Below are positions 1 to 8,381 of a stretch of 64,000 bases of DNA, one piece after another (the stretch's first letter is position 1; every line of letters starts with the position of its first letter). Made by a program: the position numbers and the translations under genes. The notes beneath the pieces were generated by a model. That model was not told the origin of the DNA and made no database searches. It was given only the letters and a program-made list of their open reading frames with translations. Source of the stretch: an uncultured Thermoleophilia bacterium (GTDB lineage: Bacteria; Actinomycetota; Thermoleophilia; UBA2241); NCBI GenBank assembly GCA_963695395.1, contig CAVOGK010000040.1, positions 17,699-81,698 on the forward strand, in the 5' to 3' direction.

Positions 1-207
1 CCGCCCTGAGCCGGTCAGGATCAGGACGTACTCGCCTCTGCCCACGCGCTCGACCAGGCGCTCGGCGGCCAGCAGCGTGAGCGCCCTGCCCTGGGCCCGG
101 TGCGCGGCCTCGTACAGCGGCAGGATCACGCCCCGGTTCTCGACCCCGCCGCGCTTCATCTCGATGGTGACCAGACGGTCGACGTTCAGTCCGAATGTCT
201 CGGGCAT
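1..207 (-). CDS. Hypothetical protein, N-terminal fragment running off the left edge (possibly DUF4392 / D-glutamate-cyclase-like)
   Basis: Minus-strand ATG at 207 preceded by the purine-rich GGGAAGGGA. Frame stays open to position 1. Translation is MPETFGLNVDRLVTIEMKRGGVENRGVILPLYEAAHRAQGRALTLLAAERLVERVGRGEYVLILTGSG. The family guess is from memory of DUF4392 N-termini only. Confidence 0.45.
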   Translation of the reverse strand, partial: MPETFGLNVDRLVTIEMKRGGVENRGVILPLYEAAHRAQGRALTLLAAERLVERVGRGEYVLILTGSGR

Positions 208-244
208 TCTTGTCCCTTCCCTCGTCGGAGCGGCAGCGCCGGTC

Positions 245-1555
245 CTACGCGAGCTCGTTGTCGATGCTCTCGAGGACCTCGTCGATGATGGCGATGCCCT
301 CGGTCACCTGGCTCTCGGTGATGATCAGCGGCGGGCCGACGAACAGCAGGTTCGCCATGACGTTGGTGCTCAACCCGCGCTCGAGCAGTCGCCGGTGGAC
401 GCTTCCCGCCAGCGCGGGAGACAGAGGCTCCCTGGTCGCGCGGTCGGCGACGAGGTCGAGGCAGAAGAACAGCCCCGTGCCGCGCACGTCGCCCACGCAG
501 CGGCGCCTGGCCTTGACCTCTTCCAGCTGAGGCCTCACCACGTCTCCCAGCCTGCGGGCGTTCTCGATCAGCCCTTCCTCGTGCAGGACGCGGAGCACGG
601 CGCTCGCCGTGCCGCAGGCGAGCGGGTGGGCGCTGTACGTCAGGCCCACGTACAGCATCTCGTGGTCCAGCTTCTCCATGATCCGGTCCGAGACGGCGAC
701 GCAGCCCAGCGGGACGTACCCGCAGGTGAGCCCCTTGGCCATGGTGATCATGTCGGGCACGACGCCGTCGTAGTGGTTGATGGCGAACCACTCACCGGTG
801 CGGCCGAGGCCCACCATCACCTCGTCCAGGATCAGCAAGACGCCGTGCTGGTCGCAGATCTCGCGCAGACGCTCGTAGTAGCCCGCGGGGGGCGCGAAGA
901 ACCCCGCTCCGCCCGTGTGGGTCTCCACCAGCACGGCGGCGACGGTCTTGGGCGACTCCCAGCGGATGATCTCGTCGACGTGCTCCGCGCAGCGCAGGCC
1001 GCAGTCTGGATGCGTCAGCCCGAACGGGCAGCGGTAGCAGAAGGGATCGAGGAAGTGGACGACGCCGGGGATGCCGGGCTCGACCGGCGGGCGGCGGAAG
1101 TCGCCGGTGAGGGTGATGGCGCCGTAGGTGGCCCCGTGATAGGAGCGGTACTTGGCGAGGATCTTGGACTTGCCTGTGTAGGCGCGCGCGATCTTCACGG
1201 CGTTCTCGTTGGCGTCGGCGCCGGCGGTGGTGAAGAAGAAGCGGTCGAGGTCGCCCGGCGTGACCGCGGCGAGGTCCTGGCCAAGCCTGGACCGCGACTC
1301 GCAGGCCCAGTCCGCACGCGCGTAACAGATCTTCTCCGCCTCGTCCTTGATCGCCTGGATCACCATGGGATGCTGGTGGCCGATGGAGAGGTTGACGAGG
1401 CCGGAGGAGAAGTCGAGGTACCGGTTGCCGTCACCGTCCCAGAAGTACACCCCTTCGCCCCGCTCGAGGACCGGGGGCCTGATGTCCGCCTGGACCGACC
1501 AGCTGTGGATGATGTGCCTTCTGTCGAGGGTCTTGATGGCTTCTTGCGACAACAT
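245..1555 (-). CDS. Class-III PLP-dependent aminotransferase (omega-amino acid / taurine:pyruvate-type)
   Basis: 436-aa ORF with typical class-III blocks: GHQHPMVIQAI, FFTTAGADANENAVKIAR, LILDEVMVGLGRTGEWFA and MITMAKGLT (Schiff-base Lys). Confidence 0.9.
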   Translation of the reverse strand: MLSQEAIKTLDRRHIIHSWSVQADIRPPVLERGEGVYFWDGDGNRYLDFSSGLVNLSIGHQHPMVIQAIKDEAEKICYARADWACESRSRLGQDLAAVTPGDLDRFFFTTAGADANENAVKIARAYTGKSKILAKYRSYHGATYGAITLTGDFRRPPVEPGIPGVVHFLDPFCYRCPFGLTHPDCGLRCAEHVDEIIRWESPKTVAAVLVETHTGGAGFFAPPAGYYERLREICDQHGVLLILDEVMVGLGRTGEWFAINHYDGVVPDMITMAKGLTCGYVPLGCVAVSDRIMEKLDHEMLYVGLTYSAHPLACGTASAVLRVLHEEGLIENARRLGDVVRPQLEEVKARRRCVGDVRGTGLFFCLDLVADRATREPLSPALAGSVHRRLLERGLSTNVMANLLFVGPPLIITESQVTEGIAIIDEVLESIDNELA

Positions 1556-1648
1556 GAGGGGCTCCTTGTGTGACCGCTCGGGGTCACTCGGTGAAGTCGA
1601 TCTGGACGCGGTCCCGGACCAGCGTCCGGCGAACCGGAGGCGCGCGGC

Positions 1649-3124
1649 TCACGCCTGTCCGGCGACGAGTCCGGCGATGATCTCCTGGACCTCGGAGCGA
1701 GTCGCATCGGAGACCGGCGGCGGCTCGTGCGCAGCCAGAGCCGCGCGAGCTTGCTCGCGCGCGCGCTCCACGAGATCAGGCTTGGTCTGCCCGCTCCAGG
1801 CGTAGCGCGACTGACGGTCGAACAACCTCGCCTGGGACCGCTCCCGCATGTGCCGCGAGGTGTGCTTGTGGCTGAGGTACTGACCTCCGGGGCCCACCTC
1901 CTCGATCACGTCGAGAGCGAGCTGCTCGTCGGTGAGAGGGATGCCGCCCAGGATCGCGCGGATCATGCGCGCGCAGTCCACGTCGAGCATGAACTTGGCG
2001 TAGTCGAAGGTGAGGCCGAACTCGAGCGCGCCGAGGCCGTTGATGACGTTGGCGCCGGCGAGGGCGGCCAGCAGCCCGTTCATGGCGCCCTCGTAGCCCA
2101 TCTGGGCGTCGGCGACCTTGCTGCCGCTCGGGAACGCCGACACCAGATTAGGGAGGCCGTAGTACTGCGCGAGCTTCGTCGACGCCGCGTCGATCATGCC
2201 CATCTCGGGAGCGCCGTAGGCGTGGTTGCCGGTCTTGAGGTCCATCATGGCGCTCGAGTTGGCGTAGACGACGCGCGTGCCGCGACGCACCAGCTGCGCG
2301 AGGACGAGAGCGCTCAGGAACTCCACGTTGGTGCACACCACGGAGCCGGCCACGGTGACCGGCCCGGTGGCGCCGCCCACGATCGCCGGAGCGCACACGA
2401 TGCCGGCGCCGTCCAGCTTGGCCGACGCGATGGTCATCTCGGCGCAGTCCCTGCCCATCTTGAGCGGGCTCACGGGGGCGACGATGGAGGTGAAGATCGG
2501 CCGGCGCGCGAACTCCGCGGCGCCGCCGACGTGCGCGAAGGCGATGCGGGCGATGGCGGAGAAGTTGGCGGCGTCGCCGGGTCCGATGAAGACATGCTTG
2601 CCGGTGTTGGCGAAGAGAGACTCGGCGTTGAACACCGGGTGGAGGCCCGGCGGCGCGTCCAGGGAGGCGACCGGGCGATGCATCACGCCCACCTCGTCCA
2701 GGCTGTCGCACAGCCGGGTGATGTCCGCGCTGTCCTGCTGGGTCGTCGGCCGCAAGGTACCGTCCGCCAGGTCGACGATCTGGACCAGCTCGCCCATCGG
2801 AGCGAATGTCACGCGGTGGGGGTCCATCGAGTAGTCCGACTCCGGGCTTCTCCCCTTGAGCACCACGGGGCGGGCCGCCGAGCGGATGCACTCCTCGACC
2901 ACGGATGCGGGGACCTTGACCAGAGCATCGGCCCCCTGCCGCTCCACGCGCGCTCCGGCCGACGCGAAGATCTCGAATGCCTCCTCGCTCGCCTCGACGA
3001 CGACGCCGGTGTTCTCGAAGACCTCGAGGCTGGCCTCGTGGAGGCGGTCCAGATCGTCCGGGGTGAACGCACTCAGACCCCAGCCGCTGGTCTCCCACAC
3101 ACCGTCTCTTGGTGACCTGTTCAC
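1649..3124 (-). CDS. MttB-superfamily (trimethylamine-type) substrate:corrinoid methyltransferase, non-pyrrolysine member
   Basis: Uninterrupted 491-aa ORF with full-length resemblance to COG5598/MttB proteins (GANVINGLGALEFGLTFDYAKFMLD, EVGPGGQYLSHKHT). No in-frame TAG. Confidence 0.88.
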   Translation of the reverse strand: MNRSPRDGVWETSGWGLSAFTPDDLDRLHEASLEVFENTGVVVEASEEAFEIFASAGARVERQGADALVKVPASVVEECIRSAARPVVLKGRSPESDYSMDPHRVTFAPMGELVQIVDLADGTLRPTTQQDSADITRLCDSLDEVGVMHRPVASLDAPPGLHPVFNAESLFANTGKHVFIGPGDAANFSAIARIAFAHVGGAAEFARRPIFTSIVAPVSPLKMGRDCAEMTIASAKLDGAGIVCAPAIVGGATGPVTVAGSVVCTNVEFLSALVLAQLVRRGTRVVYANSSAMMDLKTGNHAYGAPEMGMIDAASTKLAQYYGLPNLVSAFPSGSKVADAQMGYEGAMNGLLAALAGANVINGLGALEFGLTFDYAKFMLDVDCARMIRAILGGIPLTDEQLALDVIEEVGPGGQYLSHKHTSRHMRERSQARLFDRQSRYAWSGQTKPDLVERAREQARAALAAHEPPPVSDATRSEVQEIIAGLVAGQA

Positions 3125-3140
3125 AGCACCATCCCGTCAG

Positions 3141-4514
3141 CTAGAACTTGAACCGGACGCCGTATGCGGCCAGGTCCTTGCGAGCCTTGTCGTAGAGTGC
3201 CTGATGCTCGGCGGTGGGTTTCAGGGTCTTCATGTCGTAGCACTCCCAGAACTTGAGCCCCCTGGGCGCCCCGGTCAACTGGTCTTCGTAGTGCGTCATG
3301 ATCTGCTTGACGAGCTGGTCCGCCTCCGCGCGCGTCATTCCCAGCACGGAGTGCGCAACGAGCGAGGACCAGCGCCCGTTCATCGGCGTGATGTGATCCA
3401 TCACGGCGTTGCCCGGCGAGCCGCCGGTGGGTCCTACCGAGCTGCCCGAGACGACGTGCGCGATCACCGGCGCGGCCGCCTCGTAAGGCTGCATCTCGGC
3501 GCCCGGGCCGGAGGCGACCAGCGCCGATATCTGCAGGGGGAAGTGGCTGTTGCGCGAGATCGCCTGGGCGCTGGCGCTCATGCCCCAGATGACCCCCCGG
3601 CTCGTGCTGCACGACGTGCGCATGTCGATGGAGAAGTTCAGCTGGATGGAGCCACGGAAGACGAGCATCGAGTGCAGGTGGTAGGCCACGTTGGCGACGG
3701 CCATGCCCTCGGGGCCGCCGCAGTAGCCGCCCACCATGGGGCACGTCTCCGCGACCACGTGGCCACCCAGGCTGATGACGTAGGCGACCTCGTTCAGCCG
3801 CTCCCAGCTGGCCTTCATCTCGGCCAGCGGCCCGATGTTCCAGCCGTCCGACGGCCGCATGCCGAAGGCGCTGCCGGCGATCTTGCCCGTGTCCGACACG
3901 GCCGTGGCAATAGAGTTCTGCACGGGCATCCCCGGCCGTCCGGCCCGCCGCAGGCCCTCGCGCGTGAGGACCGTGCTCTTGATGCAGGCGAGGATCTCCA
4001 GAGGCGTGCCCGCGCGGACCATCGACCCGTGGTAGTTGGCCAGCGAGGGCGCCGTGACGCCGTCGCCCAGGGGGATCTCGCCGGTGGCTTGCACGAAGGC
4101 CTCGAACACCTCCTCGCTGGAGACGGGCGTGCCGCCCGCCCCCACGTAGCACCAGGGTGGGATCTCGCTCTCGGGTCGCCGGGAGGGGTAGGCCTTGGCG
4201 TCCTTGCCCTCGCCGAACACGGGTCCGCGCGGCGCCGTCGCCAGCGCTTCGCGGATCTCCGCCTCGGTGAACTGGATGATGCGGCTGGTGTCCACGCAGT
4301 AGGTGCCGACCTCCTGGTAGAACTCCAGGCCGGCCCGGAACAGCCGATCGGCGAACTCGTCGTCGGAGGGCACCACGACCTGCGGGTCGTAGCGGATCTC
4401 GTACTTCTTCAGGATCCGGCGCAGCGCGGGAACGAAGACCTTGAGGTCGTAGTCCCTCTCCGGCACCAGAGGGCCGGTCATGGCGCGGTCGACGACTTCC
4501 TCGAAGGAGATCAT
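3141..4514 (-). CDS. MtmB-like (monomethylamine methyltransferase family) protein lacking pyrrolysine
   Basis: Start at MISFEEVV (ATG 4514, ATGA overlap with the upstream stop) gives 457 aa plus stop, about the length I recall for MtmB (~458 aa). Blocks recalled from Methanosarcina MtmB: LFRAGLEFYQEVGTYCVDTSRIIQFTEAEI, AGRPGMPVQ (MtmB has AGRPGMGV-Pyl) and the C-terminal FWECYDMKTLKPTAEHQALYDKARKDL. The ORF-track start at 4619 adds an Arg-rich, non-native-looking leader. Confidence 0.85.
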   Translation of the reverse strand: MISFEEVVDRAMTGPLVPERDYDLKVFVPALRRILKKYEIRYDPQVVVPSDDEFADRLFRAGLEFYQEVGTYCVDTSRIIQFTEAEIREALATAPRGPVFGEGKDAKAYPSRRPESEIPPWCYVGAGGTPVSSEEVFEAFVQATGEIPLGDGVTAPSLANYHGSMVRAGTPLEILACIKSTVLTREGLRRAGRPGMPVQNSIATAVSDTGKIAGSAFGMRPSDGWNIGPLAEMKASWERLNEVAYVISLGGHVVAETCPMVGGYCGGPEGMAVANVAYHLHSMLVFRGSIQLNFSIDMRTSCSTSRGVIWGMSASAQAISRNSHFPLQISALVASGPGAEMQPYEAAAPVIAHVVSGSSVGPTGGSPGNAVMDHITPMNGRWSSLVAHSVLGMTRAEADQLVKQIMTHYEDQLTGAPRGLKFWECYDMKTLKPTAEHQALYDKARKDLAAYGVRFKF

Positions 4515-5186
4515 CGGCCGGCCTCGACAGCCGTCGTGGCCTCCACATGCGCGAGCGCGAGGTCCACGGCGTCCGCCGCCGTCTGCCCGTAGCCGTCGGC
4601 GCCGATCTCCTCGGCCCATCCGGCGGTCGTCGGGCCTCCGCCCACCATCACGTAGTAGTCAGCCCTGCTTCCCCGGGCCTCCAGGTACTGGATGACGTCC
4701 TGCTGCTGCGCCATCGTGGTGGTCATGAGCGCCGAGAGGGCGATGATGTCCGCCTTCGCCTTCTCGGCCGCCTCGACGAACCCGGCCGCCGGTACATCGC
4801 TGCCGAGGTCGATCACCTCGAAGCCCGCCGTCTGCAGCATCGTTGCCACGATGCTCTTGCCGAGGGAGTGCACGTCGCCCTTGACCGAGCCGAGGACGAC
4901 CTTGGCCTTGGCCTCGCCCCCTCGCCCCTGGGCGGCGAGCAGCGGGCCCAGGAGGTCCATGCCCTCCTGCCAAGCGTCGGCTGCCATCATCATCTCGGGC
5001 AGATACACCTCAGAGCGCTGGAACTGCTCGCCGACCTCCCGGAGCCCCGGGATCATGCCGTCGTCCAGGAGAGCGCCGGGGTCCGCGCCTTCGTCCAGCC
5101 CCGCTGGATCAAAGGCCGCACTTCGTCGAACCCCCATCGACGAATGCCGCGCGGATGCGCTCGACGGCGCTGGGCCTGTCAGTCAT
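4511..5186 (-). CDS. B12-binding corrinoid protein (MtmC/MttC/MtgC-like); N-terminal cap split over three frames as assembled
   Basis: DxHxxG...SxL...GG signature: GDVHSLGKS, ALSALMTTT, VMVGGGP. The cap-helix sequence MTDRPSAVERIRAAFVDGG (frame from ATG 5186), FDEVRPLIQRG (second frame) and LDEGADPGALLDDGMIPGL (ORF-track frame) only joins if one base is added in each of the C-runs 5131-5135 and 5099-5102. Confidence 0.8.
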
Positions 5187-5246
5187 CGCAGTCCTCTCGT
5201 GACGCATGCTTGCTTCTCCTCGAGTCGGGGATGTGGGTGGGAGCGA

Positions 5247-5684
5247 TCAGTGGACGTAGGGCACGTGGAGGTTCTCGCTGCCGAAGACCACGAAGGTCTC
5301 GCAGTAGCTCACGCGTTCGACGGTGCTGACCTCGTCGCGGAAGAACTCGAGGAGGCCGAAGTCCGGGGCGAAGAGCACCTGCAGGATCAGGTGGAAGCGC
5401 CCGGTGACCGCCGCCACAGAGATCACGCCGCGCAGAGCGCTGAACTCTTTCGCCTTGGCCATGATGTCCATGGTGTCCAGGCTGACACCGATGTAGACCA
5501 GCTGGTGCTGCGGCAGTCGCCCCGGGTCGACGAGCGCGGTGATCTCCATGCCCCCGTCGTCCAGCAGGGCCTTGGCACGCGAGCGGACGGTGTTCTCCGA
5601 CAGCGAGAGCTCCTGGGCGATCTCGCGGTACGACCTGCGGCCGTCCTTGAGCAAGCGCACGAGCTCCAGGTTCTCTTCCGTCAT
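5247..5684 (-). CDS. Lrp/AsnC-family transcriptional regulator
   Basis: MTEENLELVRLLKDGRRSYREIAQELSLSENTVRSRAKALL is the HTH, followed by an RAM/AsnC_trans_reg-like C-terminal domain. The internal Met at 5684 is preferred over the ORF-track start at 5738. Confidence 0.85.
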   Translation of the reverse strand: MTEENLELVRLLKDGRRSYREIAQELSLSENTVRSRAKALLDDGGMEITALVDPGRLPQHQLVYIGVSLDTMDIMAKAKEFSALRGVISVAAVTGRFHLILQVLFAPDFGLLEFFRDEVSTVERVSYCETFVVFGSENLHVPYVH

Positions 5685-5800
5685 CACCACGCGACCCCCT
5701 GAGACAGCCTTCTGATGAATTCCGCAGTCAAGGTACATTCCAGTTAGCTATCAGTCAACCATCTACCAGAAGATTGCGCGATACAGCATAAGTAAGCCTC
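5685..5800 (-). promoter_or_regulatory. AT-richer upstream region of the AsnC/methyltransferase operon (candidate promoter/operator)
   Basis: Locally AT-enriched tract (ttctgatgaattccgcagtcaaggtacattccagttagctatcagtcaaccatctaccagaagattgcgcgatacagcataagtaag) in otherwise very GC-rich DNA, directly upstream of the first gene. No specific box identified. Confidence 0.25.
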
Positions 5801-5974
5801 ACTCTTGAGTCCACAAGTCTGCGTCCATGGCCCGCCCCGGCGGACGCTCACGGCACCGCATCGCGCTTGCCCTGCGGCATCGCGTGGCCGATCGGGGTGG
5901 GCCCTTCGCGAGACGAGCAATCTGGAAGGTGGCCGCCCGCGAAGGCGCCGGCCTCGAGGAAGCGAGTGGGTCCG

Positions 5975-7260
5975 CTACGACTGGTCGGTGGACGGTCGGC
6001 TCTCTCGCGACAACCCCACCTTCGCCGCACCGACGATGACGCGGACCAGTGCGCCCAGCAGCACGAGGTCGATCAGCATCTGCAGGCTGACGAGGACGCG
6101 CGCCATGTCGGTCCTGGGCGTGATGTCGCCGAAGCCGACGGTGGCGAAGACGGTGATCGCGAAGTAGAGGGCGCCGGTGTGGTCCAGCGGCTCGCTGAAG
6201 GCGCTCGACGACGTGTGAGAGAGTGACAGGTAGATGCTGGCGAACAAGTACAGGAAGAGCGGCACCGCGACGGCGAGCCCCTCGATCGCCTTGAGCCCGG
6301 GCAGATCGGCCTTCAGGATCCGATGGACCTGCCAGGCGACGATGACCAGGAAGACCAGGCAGCCGACCGCGAGGCGCATCAGGGCGGCAGCCCCGCTCAG
6401 CCCTCCGGTCGGCGTGGCGATCTCTTCCGCCCTGTCCCGGGGCCACAGCAGGTACATCGACGCCAGCGCCAGCGCGCAGCCGATCAGCGTGTCGAGCAGC
6501 CGGTGACCCGCCCACGAGCCGATGTCGCCGGCCGGGGCTCCGACGAGCACCACAGCCCCCATCGCCGCCAGCCCGCCCGCAAGCAACGGGTACGGCGGGC
6601 TCAAGGCGAGGGAGAGAAGGACCGCCGCGACGCCGAGGACGATGAGCGCGCGGCCCGGCACGACCTGCGAGAGCACCCCGAGAAGCGCGACCCCGATGAC
6701 GGTCGAGGCGACGCGCGCGAGGGCGACGCTGGCCGAGCTCTTACCCGTCGGCAGGAGGACGACGTAGGCGGCCAGGAAGACCCAAAGGGCGTCGTGGCTG
6801 CCGGAGCGCTGGTAGAGGAACATGCCGATCGCCAGCGGGATCGCGCGGCGCACGCCATCGCGGGCGTGCTCATCAAACGAGCGCACAGAGGACCACATGG
6901 CGCCCCACGGCGCGGGGATCCGCGGCGCGTTCGCCGCGGCCTCGCGGTCCCGCCAGCGAGCCAAGCGTGCCGAGCGCCGCGCCGACGCGCCCGCTGACGG
7001 CCGCGACGGAGGTGAGCACGGCGACTCCCGCCATGGCCAGCGCCGCCAGCCATGGAAGGCCGACGGTCGCGAGCGCGACGAACACCGCGACCACCGCGAC
7101 CACCGCTGTGAAGGAGGCCACGCGCAGGGCGACGCGTGAGGGACCACTGGCTCCGGCGGCGGCGACCAGGGCGCCGGTGACACCGGCGAGCGCGGCGCCG
7201 CGGCGCGGCTCTACCGCGTAGCCGAGCAGACCGCCAGCACAGGCGCCGGCGAGCACGAAG
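5975..7260 (-). CDS. FUSC-like (fusaric-acid-resistance-type) membrane domain fused in frame to a 2-TM K+-channel pore; 5' part in another frame
   Basis: FUSC_2-like segment RRAIPLAIGMFLYQRSGSHDALWVFLAAYVVLLPTGKSS...RVASTVIGVALLG...HRLLDTLIGCALALASMYLLWP, followed by the pore helix and selectivity filter ALYFAITVFATVGFGDITP. Additional N-terminal TM helices (WRLLFFVLAGACAGGLLGYAV...LAALAMAGVAVLTSVAAV) lie in a different frame upstream of ~6950. Start is approximate. Confidence 0.6.
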
Positions 7261-7339
7261 AACAGGAGCCGCCACGCTGCGCAAGGCGCGGCCGTGACCG
7301 CGGCGCCGCGAGATCGCTGGCTCGGCGGCCCCGGGCTCC

Positions 7340-7705
7340 CTACCCGAGCAGCTTGGACTTGGCTGCCCGGAATTCGTCGTCGGTGAGCTTGCCGCTCTCG
7401 TGCAACGCGACGACCTGATCCATCTGCCGCGTCCACTCGGCCTCGATGGGCCCCTGCGACTTCTTCGTCGGGAAGTACGTGGAGAACTCGCCACCATAGG
7501 GCCGCACCATGAGATAGATGAGGCCGCCGATCCAGGGCAGCACGAACAACACGACGATCCACAGCACCCGGGCGAGCGGCGACAGGCCCTTGCGTGACAG
7601 GATGTCCACGAAGAGGTAGATCCAGAGCACCAGCAGACTTAGGCCGAGCATCACCGTCACGAAGCTCCAGAAGTAGTCCCAGAACGTCGCCGCGATCACT
7701 ATCAT
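7340..7705 (-). CDS. Small membrane protein with PLD-N-terminal-like TM hairpin and C-terminal SHOCT domain
   Basis: 121 aa. LWIVVLFVLPWIGGLIYLMVRP resembles the cardiolipin-synthase N-terminal motif. The C-terminal LHESGKLTDDEFRAAKSKLLG is a SHOCT-type motif. Confidence 0.7.
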   Translation of the reverse strand: MIVIAATFWDYFWSFVTVMLGLSLLVLWIYLFVDILSRKGLSPLARVLWIVVLFVLPWIGGLIYLMVRPYGGEFSTYFPTKKSQGPIEAEWTRQMDQVVALHESGKLTDDEFRAAKSKLLG

Positions 7706-7762
7706 GATCCTTCCTCCTCGTTCGTCTCGATCGATAGCCGTACATACCCGCGCGCGAGGCCC

Positions 7763-8083
7763 TTACGCACGCGCCATCCCCAGCAACTCCTTCCGGGTGA
7801 GCCCCGCTGCGTCCAGGAGCTCGGGCGCGGGCTCCTCACCCGTGCGCCGGATGCGCTGCAGGTACCAGCGTGCACGATAGACGAAGTGATAGCGATCGAA
7901 GAGCACCACCAGGATGCTGATGAGGAAGAGGAAGAAGCCGAACAGGGGGAGCGGGACATCTTCGCCGAAGCCCAGGGCATACTCGCCCAAGATGAGGGCG
8001 ACGACCAGGAGGCCGTTGACCGCCAGCATCACGGCGAACTGCGCCGCCAAGGAGGCCAGCTGTGCCCGCGCCGCGCCAGCCAT
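7763..8083 (-). CDS. Hypothetical membrane protein
   Basis: 106-aa ORF with two clear hydrophobic helices and a basic tail. May be the 3' part of one gene together with 8029-8214. Confidence 0.45.
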   Translation of the reverse strand: MAGAARAQLASLAAQFAVMLAVNGLLVVALILGEYALGFGEDVPLPLFGFFLFLISILVVLFDRYHFVYRARWYLQRIRRTGEEPAPELLDAAGLTRKELLGMARA

Positions 8084-8214
8084 TGGCTGATGAGCGCGTT
8101 GACGGTCACGAAGATCGCGACGGCGATGCCGTTGGCCAGCGGGCCGTATCGCACACTGCTCATGAACTGCGTGAAGATCACGCTGATGAGGGCGATCAGC
8201 ACCGCTTTCTCCAC
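8029..8214 (-). CDS. Hypothetical small membrane protein (possibly the 5' part of 7763-8083, separated by a frame break)
   Basis: 61-aa ORF MEKAVLIALISVIFTQFMSSVRYGPLANGIAVAIFVTVNALISQWL, then a non-native Arg/Trp/Pro tail. It overlaps the next ORF by 55 nt in a different frame. Confidence 0.35.
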   Translation of the reverse strand: MEKAVLIALISVIFTQFMSSVRYGPLANGIAVAIFVTVNALISQWLARRGHSWPPWRRSSP

Positions 8215-8381
8215 CGGTGACCAGCCGAGGCGATCCCCGCGGGGGTGCCCGGCAGGCGCTGGTGCTTCGTGCTACAGGGAGACTTCACGGCGGCCTCATG
8301 CGGGAGTGCGCGCCCCGCGCTCCCGGAGTGCCGGCGCTCCCGTAGGGGTCATGGAGGCCCAGGGCGATCGGGGAGGATGGC

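Noticed and set aside
5187-5246. Cobalamin riboswitch upstream of the corrinoid-protein genes (also checked 57297-57384)
   Set aside because: The spacers are short (60-90 nt), and no B12-box-like GCCACTG/AGYCMGG element was seen. A covariance-model scan would be needed to exclude one elsewhere.
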